A stretch of 64,000 nt of DNA from an uncultured Gemmatimonadaceae bacterium (GTDB lineage: Bacteria; Gemmatimonadota; Gemmatimonadetes; Gemmatimonadales; Gemmatimonadaceae): NCBI GenBank assembly GCA_963740355.1, contig CAVUDW010000003.1, positions 1,280,001 to 1,344,000 of the forward strand. Reading direction: 5' to 3'. The notes beneath the pieces are model-generated. The model made no database searches. It was not told the DNA's origin and saw only the letters and a list, made by a program, of their open reading frames with translations. Positions 9,989 through 19,102 of this stretch are shown here, in pieces; the first letter of the stretch is position 1, and every line of letters begins with the position of its first letter. The position numbers and the translations under genes are program-made.

Positions 9989-11470
9989 TTACGACGCGAT
10001 GGCCGTGACGGTGCGGTGACGCGCGCGATCTGACGATGCGCCCGGCGCCCACGGTTCGACGGCAACACAGCGCAGCGAGGGACCGAGGGCACGGACCAAG
10101 GCGTGTGCCGCAGCGTCGCCTAGTTCAGGCTCCCCAAGGCGACTGCGCACGCGCACTTCAAAGCTCGACTGTCCGCGACTGACAGTGCCTTCGACACTGC
10201 GCACCGAGGCCACTTCGAGGCCGGCGGGCATCAGCGCCAGCGCCACGGCATCACGCACCGTCGCGGCGGGCAGCGAGGTCTCGATGCGGAGCCGCAACCC
10301 GGCAACCACCGGCAGATCACGCTCCACGCGACGACGCTCCGGCAACTGTGCGGGCATCGGCATGCGACCCCAGTTGTTGCGCAGCCCATCGAGGAATGCA
10401 TCGAGCGGAACGTCGAAAAACGAGCCGAGTTCGTCGCGCATGCGCGCGAGCGCTGCTGTCGTGGTGACCAGCGACTGCATCATCTCGCGCGACAACTCCG
10501 TGCGACCGCTGCGATGCAACATGCTGGCACACACCAGCAGCACGGCCACCGGATCCACCGTGCCATCCTTTGGCGCGGGCATGTCATAAAACGACGCATC
10601 TCGACCGAGGCTCAGCACCGGCCACGGTCCCGTGTCACCGATCGCCTCCAACACCGTCGCGGCGAGCTCCTCGATCGGCATCGCCGATGCCACCAGCCAG
10701 CGCTCGGAGCCCCCTTCGCCGGTGAGCAGCGCCGACAACAACCCTGCCTTCACCACCCGCGGCGGCGCGACACGCTGCTGCCTCGCCTCGCGGTCGAGCG
10801 CATCACAAAACAGTCGCTGCGCTTCGCTCCCACGACCCACGGGCAGCACCAGCATCACCTTGCGTCGCTCGGAAACGGCGAACCGATACACGAGTTCTGC
10901 CGCCTCTCGGGCCCGCGCCCAGAGATCGGCGGCATCGACGTGCGGCTCGACGTTGCGGCGCGTGATCGTGCGCTCCACGACACGCTGCGAAAAGAGCAGC
11001 ACATCACGCTCGGTGCCCGCCAGTGCCGCCGCGCTGCCAGGTAGCGTCAGGCACTGCTGCACATCGGCGAGAACATCGGCGCGACGCTGCAACCCGCGCC
11101 AGAGTCGCGACACGGGCGCCAGCGGATCGGTGCCGCGCGTTGCCGCCACGACCACTCGCTGCTGGGCCATCAACGAGACCGCTTCACGAGGCACACCGAT
11201 TCGGCCAACCGTGCCGCCACGAGCCAGCGAGAGGGGCATCGATTGGCAGGCGATCGGTGCACCGATGCTGAGGCTGAACTGCTCCACGCCATGGATCACG
11301 GCGGCCAGAGCTGGATCGTCGATGAGGGTGGCGACGGTAAGGCCAGCCGGCGATATATCACGGATGGACGCCGAGTCAGCCGACGGACGCTGTTCCTGCG
11401 CCAGCCCACGACCGGTCATGGGGCGCTCACCGAACGTGGTGGCGGTGCTGGAGAGACGGAGTGAGGTCAT
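9989..11470 (-). CDS. isocitrate/isopropylmalate dehydrogenase-fold protein with degenerate active site
   Basis: 493 aa; by-eye colinear similarity to the long IDHs that carry an extra C-terminal domain, but the catalytic motifs are replaced (see findings). Confidence 0.6.
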   Translation of the reverse strand: MTSLRLSSTATTFGERPMTGRGLAQEQRPSADSASIRDISPAGLTVATLIDDPALAAVIHGVEQFSLSIGAPIACQSMPLSLARGGTVGRIGVPREAVSLMAQQRVVVAATRGTDPLAPVSRLWRGLQRRADVLADVQQCLTLPGSAAALAGTERDVLLFSQRVVERTITRRNVEPHVDAADLWARAREAAELVYRFAVSERRKVMLVLPVGRGSEAQRLFCDALDREARQQRVAPPRVVKAGLLSALLTGEGGSERWLVASAMPIEELAATVLEAIGDTGPWPVLSLGRDASFYDMPAPKDGTVDPVAVLLVCASMLHRSGRTELSREMMQSLVTTTAALARMRDELGSFFDVPLDAFLDGLRNNWGRMPMPAQLPERRRVERDLPVVAGLRLRIETSLPAATVRDAVALALMPAGLEVASVRSVEGTVSRGQSSFEVRVRSRLGEPELGDAAAHALVRALGPSLRCVAVEPWAPGASSDRARHRTVTAIAS

Positions 11471-11579
11471 GGCTCGCGGGATCGCACGGGACTGAACGCC
11501 GAATCGCGGCGATCGGCAGCCATTCAGCAGCCGACTCAGTGAGCCTATCCCATCCCGCAGGCATGCACAATTTCAATGC

Positions 11580-11607
11580 TTCGAGAACTTTCTTTGATTT
11601 TCTCGAA
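11580..11607. promoter_or_regulatory. inverted repeat TTCGAGAA-N12-TTCTCGAA, candidate LysR (NhaR) site
   Basis: Perfect 8-bp arms in an AT-rich patch about 110 bp upstream of the IDH-like gene. Confidence 0.5.
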
Positions 11608-11660
11608 TGATTTGTGACAGATCTGGTCCGATCAGCGGCCCGATGCTGGCGCCGGTGCGC

Positions 11661-12749
11661 TCAGAAGTGGTACCCGGTTCCGCCTGAGTCTGGTGCAAGC
11701 ACCTTTTCGACGAGCGGCGCCACCGCTTCGAAACTGGCCTGCAGGCGCCCCTCCTCGAACCAGCGCACGAGATTCACCGGTTCCTGACGAATGACCGCCA
11801 GGTCCAGCCGTTCGGCCACGTACACGCATTCCGCGTGCAGATTTGGCTCCAAGGGATCACTGCGCCGATGGTGTGCTGACACTACGCCGACAGCGGCCTT
11901 TCCAAGTCCCCAGCGCAGTGCCGCAGCGCCGCCCAGGACTTCGTGCAGCTCGCTCAAGAGGCGGGGCATCACCTGCGCGTTCAGCTTCACCTCGCGTCGC
12001 AGTTCGGCGCGCAGTGTACCGAGTCGATCGAACAGGACCAGCTTCCCGACGTCGTGCAGCAGCGCCAGCGTGAACGCCTCGTCGGGCACGATGCCAAAGG
12101 CCGGCGCGAGGGAGCGCGCGATCGGCGCCGTGCGAACCATGTGCTCCCACACCTGACGCACCATGCCGTCGTAGGCCGTGCCCGTCCGGCACAGCGTGCC
12201 CTCGACCATGCTGCTCAGGATCACGCTCCGGAGCCCCTGCGTGCCGACCCTGCGAATGCTTTCGGCCAGCGAGGTGCTGCGGGCGCCGGTGCTGTTGGCG
12301 GCCGAGTTGGCAAACCGAAGCAGCGACTGCGCCAGAACCGGGTCCTGCTCGACGAGGCGAACGAGGTCGGAGATCGCGACGTCGCGCCGCAGCAGGTCGA
12401 GGGCGCGCTGGGCGGCGGCCGGCGGCTGCCGTACCGTCTTCTCGCCGCTCTTCGAAATCCGCTCGAAGAACGCCGGCGCATCGCCACGACGCTCCATGGG
12501 GTCGAGGCTGGCTTCGAGGCGCTCCAGCGAGGTCCGCAGCGAACGGCGAATGTCAGATCCGGCCTCGACCTCGTCATGGATCGACGGCTCGGTGAGGATC
12601 GGGCCCACGGCTGGGGCTGGCACAGCTGACGACCGTTGCGGCGTCGGCGCGTCCGAAACTGCCGCGCGGCTTGCCACGGCGTCGGGACGGGCAGCGGCGG
12701 ACGCGACGGGTGTCTTGTTCGTCAGACGGGACAGGACCTTCGGCAGCAT
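11661..12749 (-). CDS. HDOD domain-containing protein
   Basis: EQDPVLAQSLLRFANSA, WEHMVRTA, LALLHDVGKL, HH motif; start MLPKVL at 12749. Confidence 0.88.
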   Translation of the reverse strand: MLPKVLSRLTNKTPVASAAARPDAVASRAAVSDAPTPQRSSAVPAPAVGPILTEPSIHDEVEAGSDIRRSLRTSLERLEASLDPMERRGDAPAFFERISKSGEKTVRQPPAAAQRALDLLRRDVAISDLVRLVEQDPVLAQSLLRFANSAANSTGARSTSLAESIRRVGTQGLRSVILSSMVEGTLCRTGTAYDGMVRQVWEHMVRTAPIARSLAPAFGIVPDEAFTLALLHDVGKLVLFDRLGTLRAELRREVKLNAQVMPRLLSELHEVLGGAAALRWGLGKAAVGVVSAHHRRSDPLEPNLHAECVYVAERLDLAVIRQEPVNLVRWFEEGRLQASFEAVAPLVEKVLAPDSGGTGYHF

Positions 12750-12869
12750 GCGCGGATGTCGACGGAGAATCTTCGAGGAGCAGAGATGAGTCGCATCCCG
12801 GCTATATCTCAATGCGAGTATCGGACGCTGCCGGATGCAGGATGAGCGCGCCGCACTAGCTTTGCCCCC

Positions 12870-14756
12870 ATGAATTCCGGGACTGCCCTCGCGAACGCCA
12901 CGCTGCTCAGTGCGGTGCTCGACGCGCTCGTCGGGCCTGGCATGCTGCTCGACCGTGCCGGAACCGTGCTGGCCGCCAACCGCGCCGCTGCCACTCGCGT
13001 GACCGTTGGCCAGCCCGCCGCCGACGCCCTGCCGCTGCTGGCCCCGCTCGGCAGTGACGATCTCGGCACCGTCGTGGCTGGCATCAGCGCGGTGTTGCAA
13101 GGCACACAACGATCGTTCACACTCGAGTTCCTCGCCGACGGCACCCCCTCGCAGCGCTGGACGGCGCGGGTCACGGCCATGCCTGTCGAGAGCGAGTTCG
13201 GCGCCGTGGTCAACATTGGCGCGACGTCGAGCGCTGACGCCGACGGGGCCGCCGCGCGTGGGCAGGACGCGAGCTTCCAGTCGATTTTCGCGGCCTCGCT
13301 CGACGCGATGGTGATTGCGGATGCGCGGGGGCATGTCGTCTCCAGCAATCCGGCGGCACGGCGGCTGCTCGGCCGTAACGAGGCGGGCATGGCCGCGATG
13401 GACTTCGGCCAGTTCTTCAGCATCGGCTCACGCACGACATCGCCGGCCGAGGCGTGGCAGCATCTGCTGCTCGACGGCCAGTGGCGCGGTGAAGGGCGCC
13501 TCTTGGTGGGTGATTCCGTGCGCGTGCTGGACGTGGCGGCCTCGGCACACATCACGCCGGGCCGGCATCTGGTCACGATTCGCGACGTCACCGAATCACA
13601 GCAGATGGAAGCGCAGCTGCGGCAAGCGCAGAAGATGGAGGCGATCGGCCTGCTGACCGGTGGCATGGCGCACGACTTCAACAACCTGCTCACCGTCGTG
13701 CTGGCGAATGCAGACCTGGTGCTCGAGTCGCTGCCGGACGGCATGGACGAGCTGCGCGACGAAGTAGGCCAGATGATCCAGGCGGCGACACGCGGCAGCG
13801 AGATGGTCAAGAAGCTGCTCGCCTTCAGTCGCCGCGAGACCCTCGAGCGCCGTCCTGTGTCGCTGGAAGTGGTCCTCGCGGAAACACAGGCGCTGCTCGC
13901 ACGGCTGCTGCCGTCGAACATCACCGTGCGGACCGATGCGGCGCCGGAACTCCCCGGCATTCTCGCCGATCCGGGTGCGGTGCAGCACATGCTGATCAAC
14001 CTCGCCACCAACGCGCGCGACGCGATGCCCACCGGTGGTGTGCTCACCATGCGCGGCGGCTTCGAGGTGGCGATGGAGCGCCACGATGGCAGCATCGGCC
14101 CGATGGTGACGGTGATCGTGGAAGACACCGGCCGCGGCATGGATGAAGAGGTCCTGGCCCATCTGTTCGAGCCGTTCTTCACCACCAAGGCCCCGGGCGA
14201 AGGCACGGGGCTTGGCATGGCGATGATCTACGGACTCGTCCAGCAGCACGATGGCACGATCGACGTGCAGAGCACTCCCGGACTCGGCACCCGTGTCACG
14301 ATCGGCCTCCCGTTGGCCGAAGTCACGGTGCCGAACGCCACGCCGCGGTCGGCGATGCTGATTCGCGAGGGCGCGACCGAGACGATCCTGCTGGTCGAGG
14401 ACGAGGAGATGGTGCGTCGCGCCGGGCGTCGCATTCTCGAAAAGCATGGCTACCGCGTGTTGCAAGCCGCCGATGGTGCCGAAGCGCTGATGGTGCTGCG
14501 CGAACGCGGCGCTGAAATCGCGCTGGTGGTGAGCGACGTCGTCATGCCCCGCATGGGCGGCCGCGAGCTCTACGCCTCCCTGCGCGAGGAAGGGTTCACG
14601 ATGCCATTCCTCTTCACCAGCGGCTACACCGATCGCATGTCGAGCGACACCGTGGCGCTCGACCCGAGCGTGCCGGTGCTCCCGAAGCCATGGACGTGGA
14701 CCGAGCTGACCGCCAGCGTGCGCGCCGCCCTTGACGAAGGCTTCACGCCGCCCTGA
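12870..14756 (+). CDS. PAS-PAS hybrid sensor histidine kinase/response regulator
   Basis: AHDFNNLL H-box, [23 protein letters not shown]-terminal receiver (LLVEDE, DVVMP). Confidence 0.93.
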   Translation: MNSGTALANATLLSAVLDALVGPGMLLDRAGTVLAANRAAATRVTVGQPAADALPLLAPLGSDDLGTVVAGISAVLQGTQRSFTLEFLADGTPSQRWTARVTAMPVESEFGAVVNIGATSSADADGAAARGQDASFQSIFAASLDAMVIADARGHVVSSNPAARRLLGRNEAGMAAMDFGQFFSIGSRTTSPAEAWQHLLLDGQWRGEGRLLVGDSVRVLDVAASAHITPGRHLVTIRDVTESQQMEAQLRQAQKMEAIGLLTGGMAHDFNNLLTVVLANADLVLESLPDGMDELRDEVGQMIQAATRGSEMVKKLLAFSRRETLERRPVSLEVVLAETQALLARLLPSNITVRTDAAPELPGILADPGAVQHMLINLATNARDAMPTGGVLTMRGGFEVAMERHDGSIGPMVTVIVEDTGRGMDEEVLAHLFEPFFTTKAPGEGTGLGMAMIYGLVQQHDGTIDVQSTPGLGTRVTIGLPLAEVTVPNATPRSAMLIREGATETILLVEDEEMVRRAGRRILEKHGYRVLQAADGAEALMVLRERGAEIALVVSDVVMPRMGGRELYASLREEGFTMPFLFTSGYTDRMSSDTVALDPSVPVLPKPWTWTELTASVRAALDEGFTPP

Positions 14757-14774
14757 CCCGCACACCGGTGGCAC

Positions 14775-14984
14775 CCGAAATCCGGTGACAAGAAATCCGG
14801 TGACAGTGCACACATTGGAAAATCCGTGCCCCGCGCGGGAAATCCGGTGACAGTCGGGGGAAATCCGGTGACAGTGCACTCATTGAATCAATGAGTGCAC
14901 TGTCACCGGATTTTGTCCAATGCGTGCACTGTCACCGGATTTCCCACTCATTGAATCAATGAGTGCACTGTCACCGGATTTCGG
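14775..14984. repeat. REP-like palindromic repeat cluster (AAATCCGGTGACAGTGCAC unit)
   Basis: 4 forward and 3 reverse copies; perfect 26-bp arms at 14861-14886 and 14888-14913. Confidence 0.9.
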
Positions 14985-15000
14985 ATGTAGGGGAGTAACA

Positions 15001-15034
15001 AAAGCGGCGCGATCCGGGTGGATCGCGCCGCTTT
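15001..15034. terminator. rho-independent terminator hairpin (probably bidirectional)
   Basis: aaagcggcgcgatcc-gggt-ggatcgcgccgcttt, between convergent genes, with A/T flanks. Confidence 0.75.
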
Positions 15035-15059
15035 GTCTTTCATCGCCCATCAGCCGGAA

Positions 15060-18000
15060 CTAGAACGTTCCGGGCGGACGACCACCGCCACCGCCGCCAC
15101 CAGGGCCGCCGAAGCCCTGCGGCGTCTTGATGCGAGCGGGAACACGATTCCACTGGTCCGCGGTGAGAATCGCCTTCGCGCCTTCGGTGCCGGCAGTGCG
15201 GAGGCGCGTGCCGCGCTCGAAGAACGGGCGCAGCTTCACGCCGAAGAGCACGGCCGGATCGGGGTTGCCGCCTTCCTTCTCGACCACCGCGCGTGCCGCA
15301 GCGGTGAGCGAGTCGACCTGCGTCTGGATCGAGTCGGCGAGCACCTTCAGCTTCGCCACTTCAGCATCGGTGAGGCCAACCGAATCGCGCGCTTCGATGA
15401 TCTGCTGCGGCACGTTGGGGAAGAAGCGACCGACACCGGCAGCGATGCCTTCGCCTGTCAGGCGACCACCCTGCGGTGCGCCGAAGACAGCGCGCAGGCG
15501 ATCACGCGTCTGGTCGGGGCCAAGCGTGTAACGGATGTTGAAGCCGACCTGGAACGGCAGGCGGATACCAGTCTGGTTGCCGCGCACCGCGCCGAAGCGC
15601 TCGTTGACTTCGTACTTGTAGCGATTCGTGTTCGGATCGAAGCCGCGCACATACAGCAGCGTGTTGTCGGGCTGCGTGAACGAGCCCCAGCCGCGCAGGT
15701 TGTCGCTGCCATGCAGCGCCTGGTCGATGCCGCCGATCAGGTTGGCCGTGACGAGCGAGAACGTCAGGCGACGATCGAGCTTGAACATCGTCGGACGCCA
15801 GTTCAGCTGGAGGTCGAAGCCAGGCTGCCACGGACCGTAGCACGAGTTGCGTGCCGACAGCGTGCCAACCTGCGCCTGCAGGCAGGAACGAGCGGCGTTG
15901 CCCGACGACGCCAGCAACTTCGCCATGCCAGCGGCCAGTTCCGGATCACCGGCGGTCGCAGGATCGTAGATGAACGCGCGGTCGTTGCGTGCGCCATCGC
16001 CGTTGATGTCGGCACTGACCAGCGGCGTGAACGGCGAGCCGGAGGTCGCACGGCCGATGGCAGTGATCTCGAAGCTCGACGTCAGCGGATGCGTGACGGT
16101 GAAGATGATGTTGTGCTTGCGATTGAATGAGCTCGGGGCCCACTCGCGATCATTCGGGTTGCCGACCGTGGTGGCCGAACCGAAGCCGCCACCTGCGCCG
16201 CCGAACGCAAAGCCACCCTGCGCCTGTGCATCAGCGTAGGTGTAGCTGGCATTGATGATCGCACCGCGGCTGGTGAAGCCACCGAGCGACACCGTGCCCT
16301 GCCACTGCTTCGACTTGTTGAGCGAATTCACGTCGTACACCGAGCCGAAGCGCTGATCGACGCGCGACAGCTGCGTCGGCACGGCGCCGGTGGTGGTGAT
16401 GATCGACGATGCCGGCACGAACACCGGGCGATTGCCTTCCGAGGCCAGCACGAACTGCGGCGTCGTGTTCAGGTTCAGGTCGCGGTAGCCAGTCTGGGCC
16501 TCGCCGCGTGCCATGCTGAAGTCGACGTTCAGGCTCATGCGTCCGAAGATGCGCTTGTTGGCGCCAAGCGAACCGCGCCATGCACGCGGATTCGCGTAGT
16601 CGCTGCTGAACGTGGTCACGTTGCGCGCCGTGTTCAGCTGCGCCGGCGGTCCACCCGCGGTGCACTGCGTCGGGATGGAGGCCGAGTTGGCGAAGTACGA
16701 ATTCCAATCCGGCACCGGCACACCATCGCCGACGCAGAAGATGGCCTGTTCACCGGTGGCGAGGCCGGTGGCCGTCTGCGCGCCCGAGAAGAGCTGCGTG
16801 TTCGGCGCATCACGGAAGCGGCCGATACCACCGCTGATCCGCAGCGCGCCGTTGCCGAACGGGTTACCGCCATTGGCGTTGGCCGGCTGCACCGGTGACC
16901 AGCTGAATCCGACGCGCGGGAGGAACGCGGCATCGTTCGGGATCACGTCAGTGCGACGGCCGAACACGGAGTCCACCGCAAGATTGCGCGCCGGTGCACC
17001 GCTGAACGACGACGCTTCGAACCGGCCACCCAGCACCAGCTGCAAACCGTCACGCGGGCGCCAGGTGTCACCGATGTAGATGCCGGAGTTCGTGGTATGA
17101 CCCGTGCGCTCCGGCGATGCCAGCGTGCGCTGGAAAATCGCAGGCCGGTTGGCCTCGAAGTCGGCCAGCGAATTGAACGTGAACGTGCCGAAGCGGTTGA
17201 ACGCCTGATCCTGCGTGTACCCGGTCTGGTTGATCAACCCACCGACCTTCACGCGGTGCTTGCCTTCATCGAGGAGCAACGACGTTTCGTTGGTCGCCTC
17301 GAACACCGTGTTGTCACTCTGCGACAGCAGCGACGTGCTGCCGCCGAACTGCAGCGTGCTGAGGCCCTGCGTGCCGTCGCTGAGATCGGAGAGGATCTGC
17401 ACCCGGCCGAGTGGCAACGTGATGAACGGCGTGCCCGTGCGATTGTCGATCTGCAGGCCGGCGCGCAATTCGTTCACCACCGCCGTGCCGAAGCGCGACG
17501 ACAACACCACCGAGCCACCACCACCGCGGTTTTCCGTCGTCCCACCGGTCTGCGGCAGCGCCAGCGATCCGACACGCGTCGGCGTCTGGTCTACCAGGCG
17601 CCAGTCACCGCGCAGCGTCAGCGTGTGGGCGTCGGAAATCGAATAGTCCATGCGACCGAGCGCGGTCATGTTGTCCGCATTCCGGTTGTCATCGATCACA
17701 CCACCGGCACCGGCCACGCCGTAGCCATTGACCAGCGACAGGAAGCGGTTCACCGAGTCCGGCGATGCGCCCAATCGGGCACGGGTCGCGTCATCCGCGG
17801 CCAGCAACGACGGCAGCAGGTCGGCCTTGCGGCGACCCTGCAGGGCGCCGAAGAAGAACAGCTTGTCCTTGATGATCGGGAAGCCGATGCCGGCGCCGAA
17901 CTGATTCTGGTTGTAGGCGCCACCGAAGGCACCCGACGTCCCGCCCTGCTCGACCGTGAAGTCGCGGTAGCGACCGATGTACGAGAGCGAACCCTGAATC

Positions 18001-18773
18001 ACGTTCGTCCCGCTGCGCGTGGTCTGCGACACCTGGCCACCAGAGAACTGGCCGCGCGCGACATCATATGTGTTGGTGACGACACGCGTGCCGCGAATGG
18101 CGTCCTGCGGCACGAACCCGGCCGCGAACGACAGACCGTCGAGGGTGACGTTATTGCTCTGTGACGACTGGCCGGCCACGCTGAAGTTGGCCGCGCTGCC
18201 GCCACCCGAGGTGTCCGCGCTGGTCAGCACCACACCGGGTGCAAGTGCGGCGATAGCCGACGGGTCGGAGGCGTCGACCGGCAGGCGCGCGGCCTGACCG
18301 CCATCGACGACACGTTCCGAGCTGCCCGGAGCCGGCGGTCCGCCACCGGGCCCGTTCTGGTTCGGGCGGCGCGAGCCACGCACTTCGACGCGAGCCAGCG
18401 TCTGCGCGGTGCTCTGCCCCAGCGTGATGTTGCGCACGATGCGGTCATCGTCGCCGTTGCGCGTCACGGTCAGCGTGGTGGGCTGGAAACCGATGTAGCG
18501 TACCGTCAGGCGGTAGGTGCCACCGCCGTCGGGGAACAGGATCGTGTACTTGCCCTGCGCGTTGGTGCGCTGGCGACGCGTGACCTGTGTTTCGGTGGAC
18601 TGCGCCTCGACCTGCGCATTCTCGACCGGCACACCCGCCGGCGTCTTCACGACACCGGTGATGATGTCGGTGGAGGCGCCGACCTGTGCCAGCAACGCGG
18701 CGGGAAGGGCTACCAGCGACAGGAGCGGAAGCAAGAACCGGCGCAGTCGGCGCGCCTTCAGTATGTGATGCAT
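15060..18773 (-). CDS. TonB-dependent receptor-like (Oar-like) outer membrane protein with N-terminal carboxypeptidase-regulatory-like domain
   Basis: Signal peptide; ITGVVKT..GKYTILF..G.YRLTVRYIGF; plug-like region (NNVTLDG, GQFSGG..TRSGTN); beta-barrel pattern. Confidence 0.85.
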   Translation of the reverse strand: MHHILKARRLRRFLLPLLSLVALPAALLAQVGASTDIITGVVKTPAGVPVENAQVEAQSTETQVTRRQRTNAQGKYTILFPDGGGTYRLTVRYIGFQPTTLTVTRNGDDDRIVRNITLGQSTAQTLARVEVRGSRRPNQNGPGGGPPAPGSSERVVDGGQAARLPVDASDPSAIAALAPGVVLTSADTSGGGSAANFSVAGQSSQSNNVTLDGLSFAAGFVPQDAIRGTRVVTNTYDVARGQFSGGQVSQTTRSGTNVIQGSLSYIGRYRDFTVEQGGTSGAFGGAYNQNQFGAGIGFPIIKDKLFFFGALQGRRKADLLPSLLAADDATRARLGASPDSVNRFLSLVNGYGVAGAGGVIDDNRNADNMTALGRMDYSISDAHTLTLRGDWRLVDQTPTRVGSLALPQTGGTTENRGGGGSVVLSSRFGTAVVNELRAGLQIDNRTGTPFITLPLGRVQILSDLSDGTQGLSTLQFGGSTSLLSQSDNTVFEATNETSLLLDEGKHRVKVGGLINQTGYTQDQAFNRFGTFTFNSLADFEANRPAIFQRTLASPERTGHTTNSGIYIGDTWRPRDGLQLVLGGRFEASSFSGAPARNLAVDSVFGRRTDVIPNDAAFLPRVGFSWSPVQPANANGGNPFGNGALRISGGIGRFRDAPNTQLFSGAQTATGLATGEQAIFCVGDGVPVPDWNSYFANSASIPTQCTAGGPPAQLNTARNVTTFSSDYANPRAWRGSLGANKRIFGRMSLNVDFSMARGEAQTGYRDLNLNTTPQFVLASEGNRPVFVPASSIITTTGAVPTQLSRVDQRFGSVYDVNSLNKSKQWQGTVSLGGFTSRGAIINASYTYADAQAQGGFAFGGAGGGFGSATTVGNPNDREWAPSSFNRKHNIIFTVTHPLTSSFEITAIGRATSGSPFTPLVSADINGDGARNDRAFIYDPATAGDPELAAGMAKLLASSGNAARSCLQAQVGTLSARNSCYGPWQPGFDLQLNWRPTMFKLDRRLTFSLVTANLIGGIDQALHGSDNLRGWGSFTQPDNTLLYVRGFDPNTNRYKYEVNERFGAVRGNQTGIRLPFQVGFNIRYTLGPDQTRDRLRAVFGAPQGGRLTGEGIAAGVGRFFPNVPQQIIEARDSVGLTDAEVAKLKVLADSIQTQVDSLTAAARAVVEKEGGNPDPAVLFGVKLRPFFERGTRLRTAGTEGAKAILTADQWNRVPARIKTPQGFGGPGGGGGGGRPPGTF

Positions 18774-19102
18774 AGTCAGTCGTCGATCGGAGAGAGCGGA
18801 GTGCACGGTGCGCAGCTGGCACATCCGGACAGGAAAAGGCTCGGCAGCAGTGTGCCCAGTCGGAGGGGAGTACGCTGCGCGCGGACCGAGCGTTGGTAAC
18901 GAGAAATCCGACGACTGGACGCACGGTCCAATCAGGGTGGTCGAGCACGCCGCGCAGCCACGCGACAGGGCGTATACGCGCAAGCCGGTCCGAAGGTGTC
19001 CGGGCAGCGGGCGAGTGCCGGTCCAGCGGACACGAGCGTCGGTGCGTAACGTTTGCTGATTCCCTTCTATCGACTGTTTCACCCGTTACGGGGCCACGCG
19101 CC

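Noticed and set aside
14775..14984. CRISPR array or IS terminal inverted repeats
   Set aside because: Irregular spacing, nested inverted copies, and no enclosed transposase.
18774..19102. riboswitch or sRNA in the 330-bp gap before the TonB-like receptor
   Set aside because: I could not recognise cobalamin, TPP or other conserved motifs by eye; an Rfam scan would be needed.
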